Shown here: positions 1 through 12,060 of the stretch, one piece after another
Position numbering within the stretch: the first letter of the stretch is position 1
How the letters are laid out: every line of letters begins with the position of its first letter
Notes under the pieces: model-generated
What the model saw: the letters and a program-made list of their open reading frames with translations, nothing else
Databases searched by the model: none
Told to the model about the DNA's origin: nothing
Assembly: GCA_965153355.1 (NCBI GenBank)
Contig: OZ231126.1
Location: 42,966,001 to 43,030,000, forward strand
From: Flaccisagitta enflata
Lineage: Eukaryota
Direction: 5' to 3'
DNA length: 64,000 nt
Translations under genes and position numbers: made by a program

Positions 1-61
<61 letters not shown>

Positions 62-317
62 TTCATCTAAAACCGGTTCATTTTTACTTTTCAGATGTAA
101 TAGCCCAATACGCCACATTTGCAAACTAATGTATTTTGAATGGATAAAGTCCAAGCCAATGCCTCCTCACATTACGCCGGCGTTTCATTTCCGTTGCTTT
201 TTCTCTTTTCAACAAAGCACTTTCATTTTTCCTTTGATCATCTTGACAATGATGGTAAGCTGATCGCAGAATACTTTGTGGAAATCTCTCAACCTCACTG
301 TGTCTGTTTGCATGTGA

Positions 318-555
<238 letters not shown>

Positions 556-1261
556 ACAATGACCCAGTCTCTACCCCGTCATCAAAGAAACCAGAGTGTG
601 CCGAATATATCAGCCTTTTCAACCGAGGCACCAAATTGCTTGATGAACTTAGTAAGCAATCAATTGACTCCCAATCAAGAAAGCGGCTTAAGAAGAAAAA
701 ATTTTCCCAGCAAAAAGTTGACTGGATGGAGTGGCTTGCCCACGATTTAATCAGTAATGCCGAGGAAGAAGAAAGAGTCAATATATCATTCATTAACAAT
801 GTTATCTACTCTGTTGCAGCTGTATTTACATTTAAGGAGGGGGATGAATGCGGTTTTGGATCAAATGAATGGAGACCAAAGGCTGAACCCAAGTGGAAGA
901 TACGCTTAGAAAGACTAGCTAAGGTCTTTAAAAAATATGGTGTGGACGGGTCAAAAAAGAGGCATGCTACTTTAAGATCAAAAACAAAATATCTGCCATA
1001 GCAGGTAAAGTACAGCGTTACCAGACTGCAAGAAAAGCTAAAGAACAAAACGACCTATTCTTAAAGGATAAGAAACGATTCTTCCGTTCTATATTTTAAA
1101 GTGGGCAGCATGTTGAATCCCCGCCAAAACCGGAGGATATAAGAGAATTCTGGGAAAAGAAAATCTGGGGAGACGCCAACAAATACAAAGGAAGGCCGAG
1201 CTGGCTAGATGAAGTTGAAAAAACATATCGTAATGTAAGTCAGCAGGAGTGGACTCCACTT
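556..1261 (+). pseudogene. Disrupted N-terminal part of the retrotransposon ORF
   Basis: The frame of ORF 636-1001 shifts near 985 into the frame of the 1262 ORF: ISAIAGKVQRYQTARKAKEQNDLFLKDKKRFFRSIF*SGQHVESPPKPEDIREFWEKKIW..., with a stop at 1097-1099. Confidence 0.8.
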
Positions 1262-3562
1262 GTGAAGAATGATATCAGCACTCAACTTGGCAAGACTATG
1301 AATTGGAAAGCCCCTGGCCACGACTGTCTTCCCAACTTTTGGCTAAAAAGCATAACAATTACTCACCATTTTCTCGCCAAAGCAATGAACAACTGTATTG
1401 AATTTCCTGAGCTGATGCCCGGGTGGCTGGTAAAAGGGAAAACTACACTGTTACCCAAAAGTGATAAGACATCAGATGCCTCACAATATAGGCCAATAAC
1501 GTGTCTGACCACCTCATGGAAATGCCTCACTGGGATTTTGGGTGATAAGATTGCCAAATTCATGGAAACTAATAAAATGCTGGCTATAGAACAGCAAGGA
1601 GCAATCAAAAAGTCATACGGGACCAAGACTCAGCTGCTCATCAACAAGAATATATTGTTGGATGCTGCCAAACGGCGAAGGAATTTACATATGTTATATA
1701 TTGACTATGCTAAGGCATATGATTCTGTGCCTCACGAGTGGATAAAGGAATTTCTTACAGTATACAGGATCTGCCCGACCATCATCTATTTCATATGCTA
1801 CTCTATGCAGCTGTGGATCGTCGACCTCTCACTGTACTATGAAGGCGGCTGTATAACTGTTGAAAAAGTGAGATTTTTGAGGGGAATCTTCCAAGGAGAT
1901 TCTCTGTCCCCCCTAATCTTTATTATTGCCCTCAACCCGTTGAGCCTGATTATAAATAGGCGAAGTAATGGATACAAGATTGGTGACACCCATGTCTCGC
2001 ACCTTTGGTACATGGACGACTTAAAAGGGTTTACAGACAGCTATGAAAATATGTGTAAACTTGCCAACTTGATCGAATCCATGAGCCACAATATTGGTAT
2101 GGAATTTGGCTTATCAAAATGCAAATGCATAAATGTTGTCAAGGGGAAGTACCAGAAAATGGGGGGTATTAAATTACGTTCAGGCAGCATGATGGAAGAA
2201 TTAAACGCTGATGAAGCATACAAATATTTGGGGATCGAAGAACTGGAGGTAATCAAGCATACTGATGTCAAGAACAAAGTATGCAAACAAGTTAAGGCAA
2301 AGCTGAGGAAACTTTTGGAAACTGAGCTCAATGCAAGAAACCTCTTCCAGGCAATAAACGAATGTATATTACCGCTCATATCTTACTCTTTCGGTGTGGT
2401 CCAGTGGACTGAAGAGGAGCTAAAGGGGCACGATACAATGATACGCAAAATGTTGCACATGTACCGGGCATTCGAGCTTATGAGTGACATCGACCGCCTG
2501 TATCTAACAAGAGAAAAAGGTGGGCGTGGCCTTATATCTGTATGGGATTCGTTCCAGTCCACAACAAGCCGAATCTCCCATGCATTTGAACATACTGACA
2601 ACCCCATCCTGAAACAATGTCTAGCTATTGAGAAAGGCTGCCTATTCTCTAACACAACCCGTGCTAAAAAGTACGAAACCAAATTGGATATTACGCTGCC
2701 GGAGAACTTCCTGGAGAAACCAATTATGGCTCAAGCAAGAGCAAAAGCCAAATTAGTCAAGGATGCAATAGCCAAAAACCGGGCCGATACCTATATTGCA
2801 AAACCACTACATGGCGCCTATGCCCGCTTGCTGGTTGATAGTGAGGCAGACCCGAAACAATCATTTGAATGGCTAAAAAAGTGCCACTTAGACCCGCATA
2901 CTGAGAGTTATATCTGTGGAGCCCAAGAGTTGGCAGTCATAACAAAGTACCATGAAAAACATATCCTAAAGAACAGCTGTGATGATGTTTGCCGGGTGTG
3001 TAGAAAAGATCCAGAGTCTATCTTCCACATTTTGGGTGCATGTGATATTCTTGCAAAAAGCGAATATTTCACGCGCCATAACAACATATGCAAATACCTC
3101 CACTACAAGATCATGCAGCATTACCAGTTTGATATCGGCGAAAATTGGTACAAACATGAACCCGCAGATGTTGTCAGGAATGATCATGTTGAAATAATCT
3201 ATGACCAAGTGCTAACAACCTCACGGCCTATTGGAGCTAACCGCCCAGATATTGTCATAAAGGATAAAGTACTAAAGAAAGCACTTATAATTGATGTGGC
3301 TTGTCCGGTCGACACCAATGTGGGAAAAAAGGAACGGGAAAAAGTTGCAAAATATACGGGGTTAAGGGTCGAGCTGGAGAAAATGTGGGGTCTGGACGCC
3401 AAAACAGTCCCTATTATTGTAGGTGGACTGGGAGCTGTTACCAAGAACCTGGGGGATGAGCTGTCTAAAATCCCAGGCAGCCCGGACCGATTTATGTGCC
3501 AGAAAATTTGTCTCCTGGGATCCAAGAAAATCCTACAAGATGTACTGAGGAGGGGAAGATAA
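1262..3562 (+). CDS. Reverse transcriptase + CCHC zinc knuckle + restriction-like endonuclease (C-terminal part of the retrotransposon ORF)
   Basis: RT motifs KAPGHD, YRPITCL, EQQG, IDYAKAYDSVPH, GIFQGDSLSPLIF, WYMDD, YKYLG, GGRGL. Zinc knuckle CRVC...ESIFHILGAC. RHN motif. Endonuclease RPDIVIKDK...IIDVACP...EKVAKY. The true start lies upstream and is disrupted. Confidence 0.93.
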   Translation: MKNDISTQLGKTMNWKAPGHDCLPNFWLKSITITHHFLAKAMNNCIEFPELMPGWLVKGKTTLLPKSDKTSDASQYRPITCLTTSWKCLTGILGDKIAKFMETNKMLAIEQQGAIKKSYGTKTQLLINKNILLDAAKRRRNLHMLYIDYAKAYDSVPHEWIKEFLTVYRICPTIIYFICYSMQLWIVDLSLYYEGGCITVEKVRFLRGIFQGDSLSPLIFIIALNPLSLIINRRSNGYKIGDTHVSHLWYMDDLKGFTDSYENMCKLANLIESMSHNIGMEFGLSKCKCINVVKGKYQKMGGIKLRSGSMMEELNADEAYKYLGIEELEVIKHTDVKNKVCKQVKAKLRKLLETELNARNLFQAINECILPLISYSFGVVQWTEEELKGHDTMIRKMLHMYRAFELMSDIDRLYLTREKGGRGLISVWDSFQSTTSRISHAFEHTDNPILKQCLAIEKGCLFSNTTRAKKYETKLDITLPENFLEKPIMAQARAKAKLVKDAIAKNRADTYIAKPLHGAYARLLVDSEADPKQSFEWLKKCHLDPHTESYICGAQELAVITKYHEKHILKNSCDDVCRVCRKDPESIFHILGACDILAKSEYFTRHNNICKYLHYKIMQHYQFDIGENWYKHEPADVVRNDHVEIIYDQVLTTSRPIGANRPDIVIKDKVLKKALIIDVACPVDTNVGKKEREKVAKYTGLRVELEKMWGLDAKTVPIIVGGLGAVTKNLGDELSKIPGSPDRFMCQKICLLGSKKILQDVLRRGR

Positions 3563-3666
3563 AGAGCAAGTCCAAAGAAGAAAATCTCCCATGAGAACAT
3601 GCGTTTCTTCGGAGAACTGAACAATCTACCAAGAACTGCGTTCTTGTGATGATCCTAGTTGTATCA

Positions 3667-3779
<113 letters not shown>

Positions 3780-3959
3780 GTTCCACTTGCTCTGACTCCC
3801 GTCATCATTCCAACGATCCATTTTTCCATGTCATTCAGATCCAACTCGGAGGCTAAGGTCATGTTCAAACTTCGACGCTTTGGCATGATTGTCTCGAAAC
3901 ATCAAGTCCGCAATGAACATGTCACTATATAGTCCGTTATATTTCTCTAGATTAAGGTC

Positions 3960-4118
3960 AACAAGGCCGGATACACGGCCACCAGTTGCGGACGGTTGGG
4001 CAGAGGCAGATATGCGCGTTCTCCCACTTTTCGACTTGTGCTGACGGATGGGCCAACGGACAGACGGACCAACGGACGGACGAAGCCACTTATAGAGTCG
4101 TGTGTCCTCAACTAAAAA
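3960..4118 (-). mobile_element. DINE-1/HINE-like short element, family A
   Basis: AACAAGGCCGGATACACGGC end, GACGGAC microsatellite core, AGAGTCGTGTGTCCTCAACTAAAAA end. Same layout as copies at 5161, 33226 and 56907. Confidence 0.65.
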
Positions 4119-4599
4119 CCCACGATGAAGATATCTACACCCCGCTTTGTTCGTCTGTTTATCGTTTGTTGGTCAGTTTATACTTTTTTATTATTCAATT
4201 CACCGCTTCTGCCCAAATGCTTTAGCAACTTCAAATACGGCCCCTGCTCACCCGCGCCGGACTGGGGTAGCCATGCTTGTTGTGCTTGGTGTAGAATTAT
4301 GATTTGATAATCATTTTGGCCCCTACAGGCAAAAAAAAAACATACAAATTATTAGCAAAAAATACAGAACCACAATATGCAAAGTGCAAATTTTCAAAAA
4401 AGCCAAAATTAGAAAAAGACCAAATTGAATCAGCATAGTACTAATAATGAAAATAAATCAATTTCAATCAATAAACTAAAATTTTTGAATAAGTTGTGTT
4501 TTTATAGTAAAAAATGTATTTTTTGATACAAGCAATCATTTTTTTTTGCCCAAGATAAAAATGAATATCAAAATAGATATCATGTTCTTATTCTACACC

Positions 4600-4776
4600 C
4601 TTTTTACCAATTTTACCGCAACCACCTCTTAGTTGTGATAAACCATCCAAACTCGCGGTCCCTAATTGGAATGAAGAGTTTTTTTCTCTTTTGTTCAAGT
4701 TAGTTGGAATACAAAAAAAAGCAAAAACAATCAGGTATATGAGTTTTGAGTAGATATGGGGGAAAACATACTACAA
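4600..4776 (+). mobile_element. Diverged right-end fragment related to the foldback element at 18977-20441
   Basis: AACTCGCGGTCCCTAA and GTTTTGAG...GGGGGAAAACATACTACAA resemble 20313-20441. Confidence 0.5.
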
Positions 4777-5160
4777 ACCCTAAGTGCTTCCAAACTTTTT
4801 TCCTAGATAGTATAAACCAAGACCAAACGCATCCTGGGCTTATGGGGCCTATTGGGCCTTGTTTTTTCATGTCGGGAATCTGACCGGTTAACAGTGGATT
4901 TTTAATGAAAGCAGAAGAAATGATTTCTAGGGGCCAAATATTTGTGTTCATAATATGCGGATAACCGTAACTCATGGGTCTGTCGAGCGGAGTTGAACTC
5001 ATATGTACGTCGATTGGTACCATGCATATCTCTAGACATTTATCAGGATCATGAACGAAATAGCTCCAGCAGCATCCTGTCCATGATACACATTTAGTAG
5101 TGTAGTGTTATATATAACAACGTCGAGAGGGTAAAGGAACATTGCCTTTCTCATTCTCAT

Positions 5161-5330
5161 TTTTAAGTTGCGGACACGCAACTCTATAAGAGGCTTTGTC
5201 CGTCCGTCGGTCCGTAGAGGTGATCGAGTTGAAAAGTGGGAAAACGAGTGTTTTAGCAGCGTTTTGGATGAGGGTTGGCTGGCCCTGCCCACCCGTCCGC
5301 AACGATATTGTGAACCCACGTCACTTGTTT
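5161..5330 (+). mobile_element. DINE-1/HINE-like short element, family A variant (uninterrupted reference copy)
   Basis: TTTTAAGTTGCGGACACGCAACT palindrome, GTCC repeats, CCCTGCCCACCCGTCCGCAAC subterminal inverted repeat, ends ...CACTTGTT. Confidence 0.65.
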
Positions 5331-5470
5331 TTCCTCGACCGAAACCAACACTGTTGGAATGTTGGTATGTCTCTTTCTAATTTCTTTTCCGCCCACGACA
5401 CACAAAGAAGGCGCTTTACTTGGTGGCCCTTTGCCTTTCCTATTTCTCTACTCTCTCTCTCTCGCTCTCG

Positions 5471-5559
<89 letters not shown>

Positions 5560-5873
5560 CTTCGTCTCGTCGGGAATCTGGACTGGAGAATAAATCATTC
5601 ATCCATTGACTGAAACAAAACGTGCGTGAACGACAAGACGGAAGAAAAGAAAAGAGGGGAAACGCGCACACGCGCCTAACCTTACAGCCGGCGCCGACAC
5701 CACCGACAAAGCCGACAAACGCCGAAGCCCACGACAACGACAACCAAGACCGGGCGAGCGAGCGAGCGAACAAACGAACACCACCGCGCCCACCGCGCCT
5801 TTTCGCGCCCGTGAGTGTCACACGACGACAGAGAAAGACATGCACACACATCTATGTGTGTGTATATATATAC

Positions 5874-5913
<40 letters not shown>

Positions 5914-7493
5914 CAGAAAAAGATAGACAGATAGACGGACAGGGAGACACGCGGGCAAAAGACGAAATAGCTTATACGGGAATTACATTGTCAGATTTCG
6001 AAACCAAACATTCTGTCGCATAAAGTAGGCTTTATGAAGGTTCAGCGTAGAAATTTCACGACCGTTTCTTTTCGGTTTGTTGGTTCATCCATCCATCCTT
6101 TGGTCTATCCGTTGCTGCCTTACGCGCGAGTGAAATCCCGCATTTCCCTTTCCCCTTCGCATCTACGACCCGGATAACTTGCTTATTTCCATTATTGAAC
6201 ATTTTTTTTTACATTGATTTCAACTGAATCATAGTTTTTAGATGCGTCCGTCAGGAACGCATCTCTATATGAGGATTTGTCCGTCCGTCCATCCGTCGGT
6301 CCTTTCGTCGGTATGTCCGTCCGTTTCGCAAGAGCCAAAACCGCGTTCCTCGGTTGTTTTTGGCCACGATGAGATCCTATACTGAATCAAATGATCGACA
6401 AACATGTTTTGAAGGCTTCCTTTACTACTCTTGTTGTTTCATCTGTTTGTTTGTCCATCTGTCTCTCCATATATGTCACATGTTCAATACACACAGAGAC
6501 ACAGCCCTGACTCATCTTTGCCCGGTCGGACTTGTTGTCCATCGTACCGTGATATCTCTTCCTATACGTTGAATCCAGCAATTGGACTCTCTTTTGTACC
6601 ATTGCATTGACCATTGCGTTTCATTGCATTGAATTGCAACCCTCCAAGACATGATCGAAATGACGAGTCGTCAATGACGACCCATCTCGGAACATGTTTT
6701 CGTCTTTGTTAAGCTTTCGAAACATATCGTGAGAAAATGAAAAGGGAAAAAGTCTTGAGATGGGAAAGGGAAAAATACCGAGTTCATTCAAACAGACTCA
6801 AGTACATCTTAACGTTTCCCTCCGTGCATACATTATTTCTTCTGTTATAATAAGAGGGAAACCGGTTTTTTTTTCAATGTAATGACGTCCACAGCCCCAT
6901 TTCTTCTCACAGTACCTTTTTTTTTCTCTCGAGCACATGTCAAACTTTTATCGCCTAATAAATTTCATCCTGGATAACATTAACATTCTTTCTCATGTAC
7001 ACGCGTCTCTATACCCTACTTTCATGGTCCGTCCGTCGGTTAGTTGGTCGGTAATTGGTTAGTCCCTACCTTGCCTTTGATTGTTTTCACCTCAGCACTC
7101 ACAACAAAAATGTCCCAATGATCCTTTTTTTTCATTATCACTGCACATACGCACACGACCATTGTAAACGCATATCATGCCTTGTTCTGTTTTTTTCATC
7201 TCCTCCTTCCCCCTTACCATACTTTTACAATTCTTTTTTTTTTTTTTAAACAAACTGATACGTTTATCGAAAACTTACATCTCAAACTCGAATCTGAAAA
7301 GAAAGGAGAAGCACTTGGTATTCGGCATCATTTTTGCCGGCTCAAATCTTTCTATCTTTCTTTCTGTCTTCCTTTCTTTCTATCTTCCGTTCTTTCTTTC
7401 CCTCTTTCTCGCTCGTTTTTCCCTTGCTATACCTCGTCCTTCTACTATATATATATATATATATATATATATCTGAATAAATTGTGCTCAACT

Positions 7494-7643
7494 CAAAGGT
7501 ACAAAGTCATGGTACGGGCTATGATTTTGGCAGCCGGAGCCCAAATCACAGAAGGTACAAGTTCATGGTACAGGCTATGATTTTGGCAGCCGGAGCCCAA
7601 ATCACAGAAGGTACAAGTTCATGGTACACACTGTGATTTTGGC
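7494..7643. repeat. 56-bp tandem repeat, about 2.7 copies, each with an internal hairpin
   Basis: Unit GAAGGTACAAGTTCATGGTACAGGCTATGATTTTGGCAGCCGGAGCCCAAATCACA (7551-7606). Confidence 0.9.
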
Positions 7644-7749
7644 GATAGTAGTAATACTTCTTATCTTATAGTATTTTGAATGGTCATCATCATTTCTATC
7701 TTTCTTTCTATCTCCTTCTATCCTCCTGCTATCTTTCAATGGTCATCGC

Positions 7750-7812
<63 letters not shown>

Positions 7813-8157
7813 TCCCTCTTTATTTCTTTGTTACTAACCTGTGGTCAGCTTCATTTGCTATACAAAGTATAGTAGAAGATAGTAAATACTGTACTGTACC
7901 TTATGATTGGCCGGAGAGACGTTCACATGGCCGTAATCTTAAGTTAAAGCTTGACCAGCATAGAAATCTGGCCACTCTATAGGGATTTCAAGCTATGAAC
8001 TTGTACTGCTAAATCAAATTTACTATAGAAATAAAGAGAGCTGTAGGTAGGAGCACTAGGTATTTCTCTTAGATTTAGTGATGACGTCACACCGGTCAGT
8101 AACAAATTTTTGCTCTATAAGACCAGAAGACTTACTACTCACACACACGCACGCACG

Positions 8158-8241
<84 letters not shown>

Positions 8242-9806
8242 TATACAGAAAGACATGAAGTAAGACAATCACAGTGAGATAATCAGAGACAGACAAAAAA
8301 TAGAGTGTGGTAAAAGGAAAGGGATGTGCAATTTTGAATTGGAATGAAACAAGGCCGTATAGACGGGCCAAGACGGTGCGCCCTACGTTTATTATTCAAA
8401 GACCTTTGTCTAGCTATATCCCATAAACTATCCTTTTCCTTATCGGAATCTTTATTGATAGCTGTATCAGACCTATCTGAATCTAACGAAGATTGAAAAA
8501 TAGGACTAATGATAATAATGATGATGAATATGCCTTTGAATATCAATAGAAATCGAATTTGAATACAATGATGAGTATGACCGATGGATTTGATCAACAA
8601 AACTATGATATTTCAACAAAAACAATTTTTCATTCGAGCCTGACCGACCGACAACCTGACCCACGGACAGAGCCTCTCAAAGATGTGGGTTGGCGCACCT
8701 GAAAAAGAAAAAAAAGAGAGGGAAAGAAAAGGGAATGCCTGGAGGTAATTTTTTTAAAAATTCAATCAAATCTTTGAGCGGAATCGCGCTCATGCTCACG
8801 AAACCTTTTGGCGATTAAGAAAAAACCCTCCCCCCCCCCAACACATCAACCTCAAGGCCCATCACTTGTGTGACGTGTATCATCTTCGTAGTAGGGCAGC
8901 ACCTTTTTTTCAATCACCGTAGGAGTCTATTGTATGACGTATACAGCCGCCTTATTCGGTCTTATGGTCAGGTCATGGTCACCTGACTCTAGTTGAATTT
9001 GAAAATTTGGCCTGGCCCATTTGCTGAACTGGTGCCCAAGTCTTTTGCCCCGAGCCTATATGACGGTTTCTACATATGTGTGCATAAGATGAAAACTGTA
9101 TGTAGCATGTGTGTACATCACCCCGGAACTAAACATTTTCCTTCCTTCAGAGACACTGTATTTGTTCACGTCTAGACAAAGACAACCATGGCCATACTGC
9201 GTTTATGCATATTCCTGAAGGGACCGATGACCAATGTATTCACACGTGAGGAAATTTCTCTTTCTCCTTCTTGTGGTTGGGATAAGGGTCTATGGGCTAG
9301 GAAAACATGAAGCTCTTTAATTGCATTGGCTGAAATTGCTGACTGGTAATTAATCTGAATTTGCATTTTTTTCAAACCTATAGAAATCTTACAATATTAC
9401 AACCCAACACTTACCAACTTAGGATAAGAGCCTTTGGAGCTCTCAATGGTCTTCAATCCGGACTCATTACAACTATCCTTTATGCCATATCTATACGAAT
9501 GAAGTTACAGAAAGCAGCAACGTCGCTTATGGAAGATTTTTTTGCAGAACTCTCAAACAATCATTGATATTGCATACACCTGATTAGACAGAAATGAGCA
9601 AAACAAGTTTTTCTGTATTTCTTTTTTTTTTTTGCCATGGTTATGTGATTTATCCTAATTGAAGCCATTCAGCGGACTAAAAAGAAGCCACATACGTTTT
9701 TTTTTTTTTTTTTTTGGGCATGGTAATGTTTTTGTCTCCACAGAAGATAAAAAAGATCATTTTTGTGTTCACATGTTGTGGTCCTAAACAAAACGAAAAT
9801 TACGAT

Positions 9807-9906
<100 letters not shown>

Positions 9907-9999
9907 GTTAATGATCCTCACGATCTTTGGGATCGACGCAATCGCTCAAAACTACTCTTATCGAGAATTTAGTCAAACCAGATTAAACATTGATCACTA

Positions 10000-10113
10000 G
10001 TCAGGATGGCCGAGCGGTCCAAGGCGCCAGATTTAAGCTCAAAGCTTGCCCCTACTGGGGTAGAGACTTCTGGTCCACGAATGTGGGCGTGGGTTCGAAT
10101 CCCACTCCTGACA
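10000..10113 (+). tRNA. tRNA-Leu(TAA) with a 30-nt intron at canonical position 37/38 (intron 10038-10067)
   Basis: Acceptor stem GTCAGGA/TCCTGAC, discriminator A. A box TGGCCGAGCGG. Anticodon stem CCAGA/TCTGG with loop TT-TAA-G|T. Long variable arm CCAC-GAAT-GTGG. T arm GTGGG-TTCGAAT-CCCAC. Confidence 0.92.
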
Positions 10114-10118
10114 TTTTT
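10114..10118 (+). terminator. RNA polymerase III terminator (T5)
   Basis: TTTTT immediately after the tRNA 3' end. Confidence 0.8.
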
Positions 10119-10266
10119 GTCAAACAATTCCACGAATCAAATCAGTTTTTCATTAGAATTTTCCCTCTATATGTCGACGGTAACCCCTCTTCTGAGGAAA
10201 AGTGTTTTTCCCCATTCTCTCATTTTGCAATATTTTAAGCCAGAGACACAAGATTAGTCCTAAATA

Positions 10267-11026
10267 CACCGTCTTTAAATCGAAATGGCAAATAGTAAAC
10301 CTTTGTAGCTCCAAAACTACTAGCCCAAAAGCCTTCAGATTTTCAGTGAATGTTGGTAACAACTGACCATTTTGTCATGTCCAAACTCAGATTTTAATAC
10401 TGAATAGTTTGGGGTCAGTAAAACAAACAAAATATGCCCAATTTTCAGGGCTGAATATTTTTTTCCTGCTTTTTTTGAGAAGACTTGTCTTTATCAATAT
10501 ACAGATGTCAAAAAAATTGAGCTAGAACTCCGGGGTTGGTCTCAAATGATAGGAAATTTTTCAGAGATTACACATTTACCTAAAGAATTGGAAAAAGTTG
10601 GATATAAATTGAAGTTATAATTGGTTTTTGGCAAACTTTGCTCAAATCCAGACTCAATCATTAGAAAATCATTCAAATCTCCATAAATACAATAGAATAA
10701 TAAAATTTTCAAGCAGAATTTATATTCATGATTTGTAACTCTTCATTTTAGACCAACCCCAGGGTTCAAGCTTGCTTAATCAAGAAAAAAACATAAAAAG
10801 AAAAAAGATTCTTCCAAGTATAGCTGGGACAAATTGATTTTTTCCAAAAAATTGATAGCATTTCAATCCTTTAATGACCCCCAGCCTATTCAGTTACAAA
10901 ATCTGAGTTTTGGCATGACAAAATGGTCAGTTGTTACCAACATTCACTGAAAATTTGAAGGCTTTTAGGCTAGTAGTTTTGGAGCTACAAAGGTTTACTA
11001 TTTGCCATTTCAATTAAAAGACGGTG
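10267..11026. mobile_element. Tc1/mariner-type MITE, ~150-bp TIRs, TA TSD
   Basis: TA|CACCGTCTTT...AAAGACGGTG|TA. The arms (AAATGGCAAATAGTAAACCTTTGTAGCTCCAAAACTACTAGCC...) are near-perfect inverted copies. Confidence 0.9.
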
Positions 11027-11441
11027 TAAAAGATGATTTGACAAATTTATGAAACTACATCAAATTTTTTTTTCAAACTAGACCATTGACATGTTCCCAG
11101 CTCAAACTGTTCAAAAAAAAAAAAAAGAATTTTAAAAATGTTCTCTTTCACAATTTTAATTGATAATTCTGCCATCAAGAGAAGATTAGTTTTTACTTCA
11201 AAGACTTGTAAAATCTAAACTACTTGACCGATTTTGATGAAATTTTGATACAAAAAACGTCAATCTATGCTCTTTAAAAGACAATCAGTGTAAAATCCAA
11301 GCTATGTGGCATCGCTGAGTAAAATCTTAACAGAATACGGCATCTCAGGCTGATGACCCGGTATGATCACGTTAAGAGTCAAGAGTTAAGATTACTTAAG
11401 AATTTCCATTGCAGTTTGCAATTATTTATCAAATATCTGAC

Positions 11442-11645
11442 CAAACAAGTCCGGATGCACGACTACCTAAGTCGCGTGCGGGTGGGCAGGGGCAGTGATG
11501 AAATAAACCAACTAAGCCATTGGGCAGGAGCCGTAACGCAACAACCACCCGCAAACGCAAAAAAAAGCAAAGTGTTACGGACAGACTGACCGACCGACCG
11601 ACCGACGGACAGAGCGGGTTATAGAGTCGCGTGCACGCGACTAGA
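11442..11645 (-). mobile_element. DINE-1/HINE-like short element, family A
   Basis: AACAAGTCCGGATGCACGAC...GTCGCGTGCGGGTGGGCAGGGGC...(GACC)n...AGAGTCGCGTGCACGCGACTAG. Confidence 0.65.
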
Positions 11646-12060
11646 AATGAATGGAAAATAAATCCTTCGCAAATTCCGATAAGGTAAATGTAACTTACAA
11701 TGTATCTAGTGAGTAGATGCTATGATAAAGTTTAGAGTTAAAAGGCCGGATACACGGCTACCCTTGTCGCGTGAGGGTGGGCAGGGGCCATATTTGAGGT
11801 CACTTGATCATTTGAGCAGGAGCGGTGAGGCCAAAGGACGCAAAAAAAAAAAAAACAAAAACAAAAACAAAAAAAAAAGTCATCCAAGGATTGTACATGG
11901 TCAGCGGTACCCGATGCCCTGCTGAGAGTGATTAGCTGAAGAAGTGGAGTGAGAGCAGGGCAGCGGCCCCAAAGGGCCGATGTCCTGTAGGACACAGGGG
12001 TGATTTTCCATAGGTCCTGAGAGGGCATGTTTGAGGCCTTTGTGGCAATTTTCCATGATA

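Larger units (their letters stand above)
556..3666 (+). mobile_element. R4/Dong-like non-LTR retrotransposon with restriction-like endonuclease, 5'-truncated, inserted in a (TC)n array
   Basis: Coding sequence runs from the 5' junction (YNDPVSTPSS...INNVIYSVAAV...PKWKIRLE) through one frameshift (~985) and one in-frame TAA (1097-1099) into the 766-aa RT/RLE ORF. Short 3' UTR. (TC)n on both sides, with TGTTT repeated at both junctions (551-555, 3667-3671). Confidence 0.92.

Noticed and set aside
8283-8600. LysM-like peptide DSLWDIAR on the minus strand
   Set aside because: Only a short match; the rest of the domain and clear splice context are absent.
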